Part shown: positions 25,622-38,700 of the stretch, piece by piece | How positions within the stretch are numbered: the first letter of the stretch is position 1 | How the letters are laid out: every line of letters begins with the position of its first letter | Assembly: GCA_033442325.1 (NCBI GenBank) | Contig: JAWQFM010000025.1 | Coordinates: 871,541 to 935,540 of the forward strand | Length of the DNA: 64,000 nucleotides | DNA from: Salpingoeca rosetta | Taxonomy: Eukaryota; Protista; Choanoflagellata | Direction: 5' to 3' | Program-made: the position numbers and the translations under genes | Notes under the pieces: generated by a model | Databases searched by the model: none | Told to the model about the DNA's origin: nothing | What the model saw: the letters and a program-made list of their open reading frames with translations, nothing else

Positions 25622-27684
25622 CACACGTGTCAAAACGAACGTGCACACATAAACACACCTTTCTTCACCGCTTTATCCTGGGAGAGGGTGTAGAGCAGGG
25701 CTGGGAGGTGCTGGTGGAACGCAGGTATGACTGCTTGTGCCAGCCACAGCAGCACAGTCTTGTGCAGTTTCAGGTATTCTTTGTTCGTGGACGTGCCGAA
25801 TGCACTCTTCACCACATTGGTTACTTTCGTCCACCACCACTCTTTCGCCTCTTTACCATCCTTGCCCTTGCCCTTGCTCGCCTTCAGTTCCTTCTCCAAT
25901 ATGGCGGCTGGTGGTGGATGCACGATGACAAGGGTTGCGGTCTCCACGTGCCACTGTGCCCACATGGGCAGGCCACCGGTGACTGAGTTGACTGTTTCTG
26001 GACTTATGAGGCGAACAGGCGTGGTCTTGGTCAAGTGTTGGGGAAGTGCAGAGTGTGATGACTGCGTATCACCGTGCTGTTGCTGTTGGTGCTGTTGCTG
26101 TTGGTGCTGTTGGTGCTGTTGCTGATAACGCGAGAGAAGGCGCATCGATACACCGGCGCCGTTGTGTGTGTCAGCACCGCAGTACACGGGCGTCAGCGTG
26201 CTGGTTGCCGAAGCGGCAACAGCATCACGGATCGCTGCTGACGCCTGTGCAGCGGAGGTCTTTGCACTCATGTCGCCCTTGGTGTCCGCTTGCAGGTGAC
26301 CAGTGACAATGGCAACGTGATGGGCAAAGGGTACCACTTCACGCAAGATACAGCTTGGCACATTGCTGTCAGATGGAGGTCCCGGGCTACTACCATCACC
26401 ACCATGACCACCATCGTCATCATCACCATCACCACCATCACCACCATCATCATCATCATCACCACCACCTCCATCTTCGCCACCATCACCATCATCACGA
26501 CCAACATCATCACCATCGTCATCATCATCATCATCGTCGTCTCCATCGTCACCACCGCCTCCTCCTCCTCCTCCTCCTCCTCCTCCTCCTCCCCCTCCTT
26601 GTCCGCTCACAGTGTGGGCGGTGCTGCTGTCGCTCTTGTCCCCATCACCAACTTGGGCACCTCCATCATTGCTGGGATTGGCCTGCTGGTGCTCGTCTTC
26701 CTCTTTCGGCACGTCTCCTTTCCCGCCATCACCATCACCAACACCGCCAACACCACCATCGCCAGCATCACTGCCAGCACTGCTGCATGGTGCAATATCA
26801 GGTTCCTCCTGTTGACCATTAGCCTGCGCGAGGTTGTGGTCGCTCGCCTGTGCGTCCTCGTCGCTGGCACCGCCCGTCGCGCTGACAGCCGTGTCCTTCG
26901 CTTGTTGATGGCCGTTTTCGTTCTCGTTCGTGGTGCCACCATCTGCGGGGCCAGGCACGTTTGGCACGTCAGAACTGCCAGCGGCACGATCAGGCGCGTC
27001 CTCCATTGCCACCGTCGGGGCTTGGGGGTGACCTTGTGTGTACTCCTGCCGACGTGCGACCTCCGAAGCACTTGCCTCCTTGTCTTCCTGGCTATCTTCA
27101 TGACGCTGCTGCTTTTCCTTGTCGGCAGAATCGCCACTTGTTTGCCGATCTTGTGATCTGCCTCTATTTTGCTGTCGCTGTTGCTGCCCTTGCTGCTGTT
27201 GCTGTTGCTGCCCTTGCTGCTGTTGCTGTTGCTGCCCTTGCTGCTGTTGCTGTTGCTGCCCTTGCTGCTGTCGCTGTTGCCGCTGCTTCACGCTACGGCC
27301 ACCAGTAGCGGCGTTAGCGTAGCTTCGCTTGCCATCTGTCGTACCTCGTCCGTCCATTCTGGCGCCTTTGTCTGCCCGTTTCTGGGCCCGCGAAGCCTGT
27401 GGCTGCGACTGCTTCATTGTCGTGCTGCTGCTGCTGCTGTTGCTGTCCGCACCTGCGTTGTCCACTGTTTTCTGCTCATCCTGGTGTTGTGGTGGTTGTG
27501 GTGGTGGTTGCTGTTGTTGATCGGCCTGCTCCTGTCGTTCACTGCTGTCTCGGCCTGCCTCTCTCTGCTGCTGCTGCTGAGGCTGCTGCTGAGGCTGCTG
27601 CTGTTGTCGTTGCTTTCGCTGCCCACGCTGGCGGGCACTGGCAGGGCCGCCACCGCTGCGCCCTCTCTTGTTTCTTTTTCCCAT
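10412..27684 (-). CDS. Gene B: RNF213/mysterin-like tandem AAA+ ATPase with C-terminal ADP-ribosyltransferase domain; model complement(join(10412..11242,11507..25443,25659..27684)), ~5597 aa
   Basis: GT-AG introns 25444-25658 (phase 1, G|AA) and 11243-11506 (phase 0, CAG|CTC) join three ORFs in frame, total 16794 nt. RNF213-type motifs: GDAQTGKS, PLILEGETGVGKT (18683-18706), VFMDETN, GACNP, LYKVLPL, ENVFLM..LPLFLVGEPGTSKS (17306-17329), LQCSP, VVLEEVGL, LKVLHALLD, LSNTFLDAAKMNRG, YGLRDLY, LYDVIN, PRAFLNRVQK. Confidence 0.85.
14262..14339 (-). repeat. (GAT)n microsatellite encoding poly-Asp in gene B
   Basis: About 26 TCA units on the + strand. Confidence 0.95.
14980..20800 (-). other. Dynein-like/RNF213-type AAA+ core (several AAA units, two with full Walker A/B)
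   Basis: Motif order matches the RNF213 AAA2-AAA5 series as I recall it. The second full unit has a VVLEE variant of Walker B. Boundaries are approximate. Confidence 0.85.
27177..27270 (-). repeat. 24-bp tandem repeat (about 4 copies) encoding GQQQQQQQ in the gene B N-terminus
   Basis: Unit ttgctgctgttgctgttgctgccc repeated on the + strand. Confidence 0.85.
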
Positions 27685-28353
27685 GAGCTGCTCCTGCTGC
27701 TTCCACAAGCAACTCTCGACGACAACAAACCACTCGCACTGACGGCAGAACAAACAAAGGAAGTGTGTGTGTGTGTGTGTGTGTGCGGTTGTGGTTGTTG
27801 TTGTTTGTGTCTGTGTTTGCGGATAGTTGTGTGAAGATACACCTAATTACCAGGTATCCTGGGAAGCGGTGGCGATGTCCAACTGCAGATAAATTGGGGT
27901 GTCTTTAACAAAAGTTCGTAAGGGGACAACAACCAGCCGGCTGCTGCTGTCCGCAAACTCGACCACTTTCAGTCAGTCACACCAGGGATCAGTGCGACGG
28001 TCGTCGAGTTGTAGTTGTTGTTGTTCTTCTTCTTCTTCCCTTTCCCCTTCTCTTGTTCACGGTGTCCTGGGCACAGACGTGGTCATTTCCACTCCACACA
28101 GCACACCCACCCACGTACCTGCTGTGCCTTCCAGTCTCCTGAGCGGATCCAAGCACACTTTTTGAGGCAGCAAGCAAGCGCCACTCCACGACGGGTGGCC
28201 CGATCTGAGGATCTGTCCTTGTGTGTGTTCTGTTCTGGCTGGAGCAACACACGTCACGACGACCACACTTGCCTATTGCACTTTCAACACCACCACCACC
28301 ACCACCACCACCTCGACCACCTCGACCACCATCAGCCCCACCACCGCTTCACG
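27685..28353. promoter_or_regulatory. Putative bidirectional promoter between divergent genes B and C
   Basis: 669 bp between the two predicted ATGs, with a more AT-rich core around 27835-27930 and a small palindrome CCAGG-tat-CCTGG at 27850-27862. Positional inference only. Confidence 0.5.
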
Positions 28354-28679
28354 ATGGACGAGGCCCAAGTCGAGGAGTTGGTGGGCAACATCAACATATC
28401 TGCCGCCATCAACGGCATCCACAGGGATGAGGGCGACAGGGAGTTCTGGACGGACCTGTGTTTTGATGAGGAAACCATGCCCCGAAACCTCAACCAGCCC
28501 TTTGACGCAGCGGAGAAGAAAGACAGCTTCAAGCGAATCCTCAAAGACGGCATCCACCTGTGCCTGCGTGCCTTGTCTGACCTTCCCGTGGACGATCGCA
28601 GCCACAATGACGCCGTCTCGAAACAACTGATCGACCTTGTCCACAACCTTCCACCTGAGGATGGCAGTGACGACCAACA

Positions 28680-28757
<78 letters not shown>

Positions 28758-29283
28758 AGATCGTGCCCAACGGGTTGCAGAGAGAGTTATGGAGCTGCTG
28801 GACAATATGGACGAGAACACGGAGCTGCTCTTTGACTTTAACGACGAGGATCACGTGTTATGCTTTCTGCAGCACCTGCGGCGTTCATACATGGGCCCTT
28901 TCAGCCCTGCTCGCCGTGGTCAGCACAGACACATTCGCCTGCTGATGCAACACCTTCAATCTGCGTATGACCTCAGCGTCGACGATATGGAAGTTCTCGT
29001 GAACACCGCCAACGACCTCGCGTGGGCCGAGGATGCATCCACCATCTCCCTACCGATCCTGGACGAGCTTGCCCGGAAGATCAACAGAGACAGCGCAGAC
29101 ACCACAACTGACACCAACACCAACGCCGGCAACACCAACGACAACGACAACAACACCAACACCCGACCTGCCGAAAGCCTGAGTCAGTTCAAGCATCTCA
29201 GCTCCAAGCTGACAAGCCTCACCCCGCCCGAGTTCCGGGCATGGGCCCAAGCGTTTTACAACCATCACCAGGAGAACGGTGTG

Positions 29284-29345
<62 letters not shown>

Positions 29346-29572
29346 TGTGTGTGTGCGTGCATATGCGTGTGTGTGTGTGTGTATGTGTGTGTATGTGTGT
29401 GTGTGTGTGTGTGCTTGTGTGCTTGTGGCACGCGAGTCACAAACTTCACTGCGACAACCATCGCCCGTCAACTGGCTGCACTTATATTACGCGCCACTGA
29501 ATGTGCACACTCCCATCATCCCACATTCACACACACACACATCACGCATGCTCACCCCCTCCCCCTCCCAAC

Positions 29573-29659
<87 letters not shown>

Positions 29660-29730
29660 CACACACACACATACACCACGCACTAACTCCCCTTCCCACG
29701 CCCCTCCACGCACACACACGCACACACACA

Positions 29731-29769
<39 letters not shown>

Positions 29770-32700
29770 ACACACACACACGTACACATACACACGCGCG
29801 CGCGCATGCAGATCCCACGGTGCTGAATCACAAGATCACAAGGGCGCTTCGGCGGTATCCGCTCTTGCGTCACGGATACAAGCACGTGGAGAAGCTTGAG
29901 TTCTTCGAAAACGTCACGCAGGAAGACATGGCCAAGGTGTACAAGTCACCAGCGAAGCGGGTGCTCCTGAGAGACCCGCTCAACTTTGCCCTCGAGTACA
30001 ACAAGCTTGCAGCCAAGTTCCGCAAGCACATCAGGCGCGAGGTGGCGAAGCTGCAGAAACTTGAGCGCAACCGCGATTTGTCCACCAGGCCGCTCCACAT
30101 GTTGCAGCTGCTGGTGGACGACTTCACGGTGACAATGGACAACGCCCGCACCGTGCGCGCTGCCAAGATCAAGTGTTTGGTGAAGGGCAGGTACCCCATC
30201 ATCAGACGCCAGGTGACAAACGCGAACGGGCTCACGCTGATGCTGACCGGCCTGCCCAACGAGCAGACGTATGTGTTTCTGAACGCAGAGCAGTCGGCGA
30301 AGTTCAACAACTACCGCGACGGCACAAACCCTTCCAACAGCAGCAACAGCGCCGACGCGAGGGACAACAGCACCAATGGCAGCAGCAGCAACAGCAGCAA
30401 AACACGCGACGCGTCGGCGCGCTTTGTTGTGGTCGCACTGCAAAACGAGGATGAGTTCAAGACCCTGCAGACAACCATCCTTCAGACGGAGGTGGGCACG
30501 CAGCGCCCATGCAGCTGGCACGAACTGGTTGAGCAGTTGTCATCCTCGACCTCGCTCAATGGCGGTGGTGTTGATGGAGGCAGACACACCGTGGAGGAGC
30601 TCGTGTTTGAGACGACGAACGATGACGTGGTGCTCACCTTCAACACGAGGAACAAGGCCATCAACCCTCCCAGCAGCCCTGCCTTCCACATCATCCCTGT
30701 GACCAGCGCCACCACTGTTGTGCACGGCTCCCGCCACGGCCACGACAACCGCAGCCGTAACGATGGTCATGACAGTGATGACGGCGACGGGAATGACAAG
30801 GCGAGCAACCGTGGCAGCGGCCGCCACAGCGGGCGTGGCTATGATGATGATGGCGACGACGACGACGACGAGGAACATGGTGGTACGCTGGCAGCATCTG
30901 CTGATGGTGACCGTCACGATTGGCCCCAGGATGCTGATGCTGACGAGGATGCTGACGATGGTGGTGCTGTGAGCAGCATCCCATGTGTGCCACTCTGTCT
31001 GATTGTGAAACGTGAAGGCAATGGCAACATCGCGCCCGACACAAGCAACCGCATCTCCCACCTCTCAAACATGTTCCACGGAACGGGACGAGCACAACAA
31101 CAGCAGCAACAGGCTCACCAGCAACATGCTCAACAGCAGCGGAGTCTGCAGCTACAAGTTCAGCCACCGCATGCAGAGACACTGCGCGGCGTGGATTTCT
31201 CGCTGCCCGTGTTTGAAGGGCTTCTCACCCACAACAAGAAGGACGACGTGCCTTCCCGCCACAACATCGAGTTGCTCGTGCACCACGTCTCGCCGACACA
31301 ATGGGCACAGCTCTCCTCCCCATCGGCCGGCACCACACCCGCACCCGCTTCCACCACGACCGCTGCCACAACCGCCGCCATCACAACCGCCTCCACCAGC
31401 ACCAGCACCAGCAACAAAAACAACAGCAACAGCAACACGATTCCACGTCTGATGGCCTGCTTTGATGATGCACCGTGCGTGCCGTACACGGGCAGGCGCC
31501 AACGGCTCATCATCGACCCGACCCGCCTTGCGTCCCCGGCCGAATTCGACGCGTGCGTGGTGTGGCAGGCGTGGTTTTCCGCGGGCTATCCCGCCATGTC
31601 GTTTGTGGCGTGCAACACGCACCTGCTGTACCTTGCCGATTACGCACGCTACTCGTACTCCATTGACTTGAGCAACGTGTACCACCTCGACTCCAACAAC
31701 CTCACGGGCGTGCTGAAAGTGATCCAGGCGCGGTATGCCGACCGCAGCTGGCGTGGCATTCGCGTAGTAGTGCTGCACCTCCACCGCACCATGGCCCCAC
31801 ACGACATCGCCCGCGTTCTCGACATTGTGCACAGCCTGCCCAACCTGATGACACTCATCGGGTATGATCCCATCACCCTGAGCCGCATCAGCGCGCTTGG
31901 TCGCGCACACCACCTCCCGCCCTGCATGCACGAGAGCGAGGACATGCGCGCATACGTGCAGCACCACGTGGCCCCGCACCACGACCGCGTGCTTGTACTC
32001 TCCATGGTGCCCAAGAGCGCTAACCAGGTTGTTCCGTTCCGCTCCGACTCCCAGCGCGGCTTGGGCAGTCTCTTTGTCCTTGCAGACCAACTCGTCACCT
32101 CTCAGCCATCGAGGATGCACCCGCTCATCGCACGCGACGCCGAAGTGTTGACGCGCCTGGCCAACATTGGTGGTGAAGACAGGCGGGGCGATGACGATGG
32201 TGCTGGCGTGTGTCTGCGCTGGCCGCTGGACACCACGCTCCATGACGTTCTTGTACCACGCACGTTGCACCACAGCAGCAGCAACAGCAGCAACAGCAGC
32301 GACCGTCGCCATCCCGTGCATGCTCAGGAAGCACCCGCGCAGCCAATGTTCGAGGTGGTTGTGGTGGTGGAGGCGGAGTCCAGCGCCGCTGCACGTGCTT
32401 GCAAGCAACTGGACGCCCGCACGCTCGTGGTGAACTGCCGCACGCAGTTGGACGTGGACGAGTTTCTCAAAGACAACATGCCCTCTGCCGCCACCAGCAT
32501 TGTGCTGTTTGAGGCAGCGCACCTGCTGTCGTGGAAGACGCGCACACGTGTGCTGCGTGTCCTCCGTGACCACGCACTCACTCGCCGTGCGACGTCCGAC
32601 TTTTCAAGCAGCGACAGCGGCGTGTCCACGCGCGCAGGGAACCCGGTGTCCTCGCCACAATCGTCGTCATCATCGTCATCATCGCGTCGCAGAAGATCGG

Positions 32701-35700
32701 GTGCAGGATCGACACGGGCACGCGGACGCAACCCCACAACAGCAACAGCGACAGCAGCAGCAGCAGCTGTCACTTCCGGCAATGCTGCATACCAGGCAGA
32801 CGACGTGTCGCCGCTGACCGTTGTCATGCAAGAGACAGCACCCGATCCACGGTATTATGTGCTGGACATGGGGCGTGTGCCCATCACCGTGCTGCGGTAT
32901 GGTGCTGGTAACGTCGGCAACATGCCCACGTCGCAGCAGAACAGTGCCGCTGGGCAAGACGATGCCATTCAGCGTACGGTTGCGCACGCATCGTGGCTGT
33001 GTGGCCATACGCGCCTTGCCTCCGTCACCATCACAGATGCAGATGTCGCCAACGCCACGAGCACGCACGACCTCTTGACCTCGCTGCACGAGAACAACGC
33101 GGCCCACCAACTCAGGCCAACGGAGCTCGCCTTCTTGTCCCACATTGCCACCCAGCTGCATGCCCGAGCCACAGCTCCCACCGCTGACTTCGGCGACTCG
33201 GTCGAATCCATCGGCGATCCGCTGCAGCTGCTGTGCGTTGCCATTGCCCGCACTCTGCATGCACGCAACACCACCAGCGCCAGCAACACCAGCAGCAGCA
33301 ACACGGGCCGAGCCAGGAGCCAGCATCACAGGCGGTGCCCAAGCGCCCATGTGCTGTCCTTCCAGCAGTTTGTGGAGCATTCATCCCTGGCCACGTTTGC
33401 CAGCCAGCGTGCCCGCGTTGCATTTTACGTGTGCTACCTGTGGGCACTCGGCAGCGCCCTGATGCGTGCACGCGGGGAAGCGCAGCGCAGGTCCGGTGCA
33501 GACAGCAGCGGCGGCAGCGTTGGTGGTGGTGATCGTGTGACAGCTTCACTGTCCTCGACCAGACCATCTTCGCAGCCCCATCCACTGTTTGCGGATGACG
33601 ATGATGATGATGACGATGATGATGATGCTGATGATGATGACGATGACGATGTTGATGATGAGCCCCATATCAACGGCTTCTCCACCAGAGGACATCACAG
33701 GCACACCTACCACGATGGTGCTGCTGATGATGATGATGATGACAGCAGCCTCACCCGTTCTTCGGCCCCGGCGTCTCCTTCCTCATCGTCGCAAACAGGG
33801 TCCTCTTCCCGCGGAACTGAAACAACAGCAGCAGCGCTGCTCGCCCCGCTCCTGTCGTCCAGCGAGTGCGTGCACATTCTGAGGACCATTTGTGGTAGCC
33901 GGGACGAGGTGGGTGGCGCCAAGGATACCGCCTTTGCTGTTCGCAACATCATCCGCTCAGATCTGCTCGCCTCCTTTGATGTCGGCTCCGCCGATGGCAG
34001 TGCCGTGCGCGCGCAACAGTCGAGTGGCAGTGCTCTTCCTTCCGCCCGCACCCCAACGTACCTGCTCTCCAAGACGGCGGGCTGGGCAACAACGCGAGAG
34101 GGCCTGTACGAGGCTGTTGTGTCAGACCACCTGCTGGACTGGAACAGGCTTGACGCATCGTGGGCAACGTTCCCCTTTGGCGCCGATCTGCTTGCTGAGA
34201 TTGTGGTTGCAGGCGTGCACCCGCTCGCCTATCTCCTCTCCATCATGCCGCAGAGCCTGGCCAGGCTGCTGCAGTCCCGTGTGCTGGAGAAGACGCTGCG
34301 CCACAACCAGTTTCCGTCCCGCCTTTTGGAGCAGCAGCTGAGGGGCGTGGACGAGCTGGTGGACCTTCAGCAGCAGTGCGAGGACATTGGCACCGTCATC
34401 TCCACCCCCATGCGCGAGACGGTCGCCGCCCTGAAGTGGACGCTGGCATCGCACGGGCTGCTCAGCTTGGACGCAGTGCCGTTTACGGCGCAGCACATGA
34501 CCATGGTCACAGACATCTTTGAGATTCGCAAGGACACTGCCTTGACCAACAACACCCTGTACATGTGCGCAGCGCTGGACACAGACCTGGCGACCCATCG
34601 CGCCATTGAGAAGCGGCTGGTGAAGATGACTCTCCCAGACATCGCTGACGATGACGAGCTGCTTGTGATTGGCGCTGCGTACGTGCACGCCGTGCTTCGC
34701 GAGAGGAAGCGAGGAGACAGCAGTCACGCTGCCGCATTTGGTGCTCGGGCCAGCGTCACACCTGCGCGGGGGCGCTCCGACAACGTGCCACTACGCCACG
34801 CTCTGCCTTACATGGCCAGCAGCATGAGTAGCTATGCGGTCACGTTCACGCCAGCAGCTATCGGCACACTGCTTGGAGACGTGATTGACCCCACGCGCCA
34901 CACCACGTCCCTGGATGAAGAAGCCACACAGGCTGTCGCCTCCACGGGAATCGCAGGCGTGCATGGATCATCACCATCATCAACGTGGCTGACTCTGCCT
35001 GCCGTTCTCACCCTGGCCATCGGGAGCGCCGAGCGAGCAGCCCAAGGCAGCAACAGCAGCAGCACTGACACTCGCAACGTCGACAGGAGCGGCACTGCTG
35101 CCGTGGGCGGGTCTACTCCCAACAGCTTCTTGCACTTCATTGCAGCGTGCTTGGACGAACTCAAATCCCTGTCATCAAAGCTGTACGCAGCGTGCCTGCT
35201 GCGACAGAAGTGCGCACAGAAACACCCACACCTGTGTATCACAGAGCTGGCTGAAGCGCTGGTACACAGCGTGTCATCGACGTCATCATCGCCATCCATC
35301 GCCATTGTCCGGTTCGTGTGGACACCTTCCGATGACAGTGCAAGGAAGGGTGTGATGAGCCTCTTCCAAGAGCAGGGCGAGTGCTGCACAGCATGGCACG
35401 CCCCCATGGCAGCAGCGGAAGCAGCAGCAAGTGCAGGAGAAGCTTCACAGCGTGCTGCTCATGATGATGACGATGATGACGATGATGACGATGATGACGA
35501 TGATGGCAGTGGTGACGCAGCAGCTTTGGCGTCACAGACACCTTTGCACAGTGCGTCCGCCCCACCTGTCCTGCACGTGCTGTTGGACGACAAGTCACGC
35601 GCTGTGCGTCGCACGAAACAGTCCTCAGACGTAACGCCGCTGTTTGAAGCCATCGAGTGTCTCTTCCCCAAGAACAAGCAGGGCGCAGAGCAGTGTCTGG

Positions 35701-38700
35701 CTTTCTTCCAGCGCTGGTGCTGCGGCGACCTGCATCCAACGCTGCAGCGCGACACTGTCCTGGCCAGCGTGTTGTGGGCCGTGTTTCCAGGCAATCTCGT
35801 CGCTCCCCCACTGTGGCTGGTGGACGCGCCACGCAGTCAGCGGAATGCCCACATGAAGCTGCTCAACGACGTCATTCTCAAGTGCGCGTGCGAGCGCAGT
35901 CCATGCGGTGTTCACGCACTTTCCCAATTTGGCCTGACAGTGTTCCGCCCCTCCGAGGCCTATCCTTTTTCAAGCGAACACTTTACAGCGTCACTTGCCA
36001 ACAAGAGCAGCCCTCCACCCATCCTGATGCAAGAGACGGAGCTGCTCTTTCACCGCCCCGTTGTCGATAGCGAGCCTGACCTCAACCTCGCGCCGCAACA
36101 GCGCCAGCGAATCAGAGAAGCTTTGCGCGCCGTGGAAAGTTGTACTGATTTTCACGAATTCGTTCAGCAGTTCATTTGTGCTGAGGACGGTGACGAGGAT
36201 GGTAACATCAAGAGCATGTTGTCGTTGATTCTCACAGAGGGGCTCACCTTCAACTGCATCGCACATCTCGTCAAGACGGCTTTTGTCATCATCAAGGTGC
36301 GTGTGTGTGCGTGTGCGTGTGTGTGTGTGTATGTGTGTATGTGTGCGTGTGTGTGCGTGTGTGTGTATATATGTGTATGTGCGTGTGCGTGTGTGCTTGT
36401 TGTGGGGGGGGGGAGGGCTGGCCTGCTCGCGCACTTGCTTGTGTGTTTGTCTGGCACTATGGCAGTTGATAGTAATGTAACTGCGTGCTGTCTCTCTTCT
36501 CCCAACAACAAACATCATGGTCTCACCCGCCGACAAATCCTGTTGTGTCTTCTTGTTGCTCGTTCAAGGCCAAATCGATCCTGGAGGACCAGAAGGCAGA
36601 GGCGCAGCTGCACACTGAAGATGAGGAAGACGAAGGCAGGTCCACGAATGCACAATCCCACGACGCCCTGGAAAACGGGTTGGAGAAGCTAGCAGCACAT
36701 GAGACGGTGATCAGTATGTTCCTCACATCGGCCAGACTCAACTTTTCCAGTATTGTTGAAGAGGTGTTTTCGGTTGATGACAGTGTTGATGATGGTGATG
36801 ATGCTGCAAACCTGAAGGGGCGTGGCCATGGCAATGGAGACAGTGGAAATGACGAAGAAGAACAAGAACAAGAAGAAGGAGTCGAAGAAGAAGAAGACAT
36901 GAAAGACGAGGAGGAGGAGGAGGAGCAAGAGCAGGAGCAGGGTGGAGCAAGTGGTGCGCGTGCTGCCGCTGAAATGGATGCACATATTCGTTCCCAGCTC
37001 GAGAGTGCCTCCCTTGACGTCGGGTACCAGGCTGACACCGACAACCGCGACTGGACACACATTCTCATGCGCGCGTGCGAGCCTGATTCTTTCATCGAGG
37101 ATGTCACGTGTTCTGCGACACGTGTGACGAATGGCACGTTGATCGTGGATGCACGTCCCATCTCTCACGATGCCCAAGACCATTTGGAACAGCAACAGCA
37201 CCAGCAGCAACAGCACCAGCAGCAACAAGAGCATGCTTCATCCGGTGCGAAGCCGTCAATGGTTCTGTTTGGGCCGAGCTTGCTGAGCTACATGGCAACC
37301 ATCGACCTGATGTTCCGCTTCGACCCACGCTGCATCCCACGCGTGATGCGAGCCCTGCCCTACGACAAGTACAAGAACGCCGACAGCAGGATTGCAGCAG
37401 TGATGCTCGAGGTGAAGAAACACTACAAGGACACCGTGGTGCAAGTGTATCAGCTGATGTCCTCGCTGGACCAAGCGACAGCAGCGCAAGGGGAAACCCC
37501 ACAACAGGAGCTTGGAGTTGACTGCCTTCGAGAGCTGTTGAGCGCGTATGGTCAGGATGCCTGTGAAGGCATGGGGCACTTCATGGTGATTGCATCTACA
37601 GCACCCCGCCATGCGTACATGGCGGTGTTTCCACGAGTGTCTCAGCGTCTCAGTCCGCCGCCACGCGACGCTTTCAAGTCTGCCCGCGATTGCACAATGG
37701 CTCTCCGTGTACCGCTGGGTTACGAGCGACGCTATCGCATGTGCGCGCTGAGTGTTTCGGACGCCGGCACCACACATTCCCATGCCCATGCCCGTTTCGG
37801 TGACGATGTCGCAATGATGGTCAGCTCCAAGGCGTCTCGGGTGCAACTGTTCAGCAGCACGAGCAGCAGCGTGCCGCCACCGCCACGCCAGGTGGCCACG
37901 TCCGCAGCTGCGCTTGGCGGGAGCCCGAACGATGCATCCAAAGCACTGGCAGCGCTGCAATCCGCGTGTGTGTTGGATGTGCGTGAGCTCATCTGCGTTG
38001 AGCCTGATCCAGCAACGGTGCTGAACACGACGCCCGACGACCACCAAGGCGACGACTCTGAGCCCTACTTTGAGGTCAAGTGTCTGCCGGGACAGCAGTG
38101 CGTGTTGGTGAAGGATTACGCGCACGTCCTGGACAGATCGGGTAACAACAACAGGGGCGCTGGCAACGTGAACTATGCACTCAAACGTGCCTTCCCCACA
38201 GACTTTCTTCGTGTCGTGGCTGACATGAGCGCTCTGGGCGAGAACGTGGAAGTGCTGGCGGCATTTGACACCTTCCACGATGCCTGGCTCTTCCTGGACA
38301 CGCACCTCGGCTCCAAGGCCCTCGCTGTTGGGCAGAACTGTGTGCTGTACCGCACCGACATGTACAGCTGGGATGTGTCCCTCCCCGCCAGTGAGACGGG
38401 CGCAGGCAGCGGTGCTCCAATGCCTGCAGGCAACACCAGCAACGACAATCCCTTCAACGCCAATTTTTTGATGGCCTTGCACGCAGAGCTGGGTGGCTCC
38501 TTCTTGCCATCTTCTGTTGCAACCCTCTTTGAGAAGCTGTTGCGCGCGGGCGATGAAGAGGTTGCAACAATGGTCAGCTCCGCACTCAACGCATACGCGA
38601 ATGGAGAGATGGTCACCTTCAAGGGCGTGTGCGACAGTGCACTGATCGACCCCACAACACCGCACGTCGTGGAGGTGTGGAACGCCATGCTGAGCTGCCT

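Noticed and set aside
29241-29811. HTHT/CVCV-rich N-terminus of the 2483-aa ORF and many similar ORFs across the window
   Set aside because: These are translations of intronic (CA)n/(GT)n microsatellites, not protein.
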